A stretch of DNA of 63,882 nucleotides, counting the filler, from Octopus bimaculoides (taxonomy: Eukaryota), in NCBI RefSeq assembly GCF_001194135.2. It is 6 parts of 5 records of this genome, joined end to end, with 100 filler letters (N's around TTAATTAATTAA, not from the genome) between each part and the next. Parts side by side here need not be neighbours in the genome. Positions count along the whole stretch, not along the records: positions 62,761 to 63,882 come from NC_069000.1; 5 more parts are not named here. One strand, 5' to 3'. Both the position numbers and the translations under genes were made by a program. The notes under the pieces are model-generated. The model worked only from the letters and a program-made list of their open reading frames with translations. It was not told where the DNA came from and did no database searches. Below, one piece after another: positions 63,859-63,882 of the stretch (positions are counted from its first letter, which is position 1; the number at the start of each line of letters is the position of its first letter).

Positions 63859-63882
63859 TATATATGTGTGCATATATATATA

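Overview
AT-rich, gap-riddled eukaryotic genomic DNA made almost entirely of microsatellites and decayed mobile elements. The repeat landscape resembles octopus/cephalopod assemblies, but that species call is an inference. I could not identify any intact host gene. Most long ORFs in the track are artefacts of N-gaps and dinucleotide repeats. Recognisable elements: several families of tRNA-derived SINEs; fragments of RTE, Tx1/L1, R4/Dong-like (RLE), CR1/L2-like and Penelope retroelements; and mariner, pogo and Helitron DNA transposons. The most notable signal is a set of short non-coding repeats, each carrying a minimal type I hammerhead-ribozyme motif (904-963 +, 43426-43460 +, 62821-62864 +, 63018-63054 -, plus a gap-truncated copy at 15153-15170). 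All complete motifs have a palindromic mini stem III and core variants, and most abut (TA)n tracts. This suggests a retrozyme or non-autonomous Penelope system. Also notable: (1) an internally deleted Tx1-type LINE nested in a SINE, with both target-site duplications visible; (2) a 16-bp minisatellite born inside its CxxC codons; (3) an RTE ending in three C2H2-like fingers; (4) R4/Dong fragments attached to TAA repeats. Five 100-bp N44-TTAATTAATTAA-N44 linkers mark scaffold joins, so adjacency across them is not guaranteed. Boundaries of decayed elements were read by eye and are approximate.
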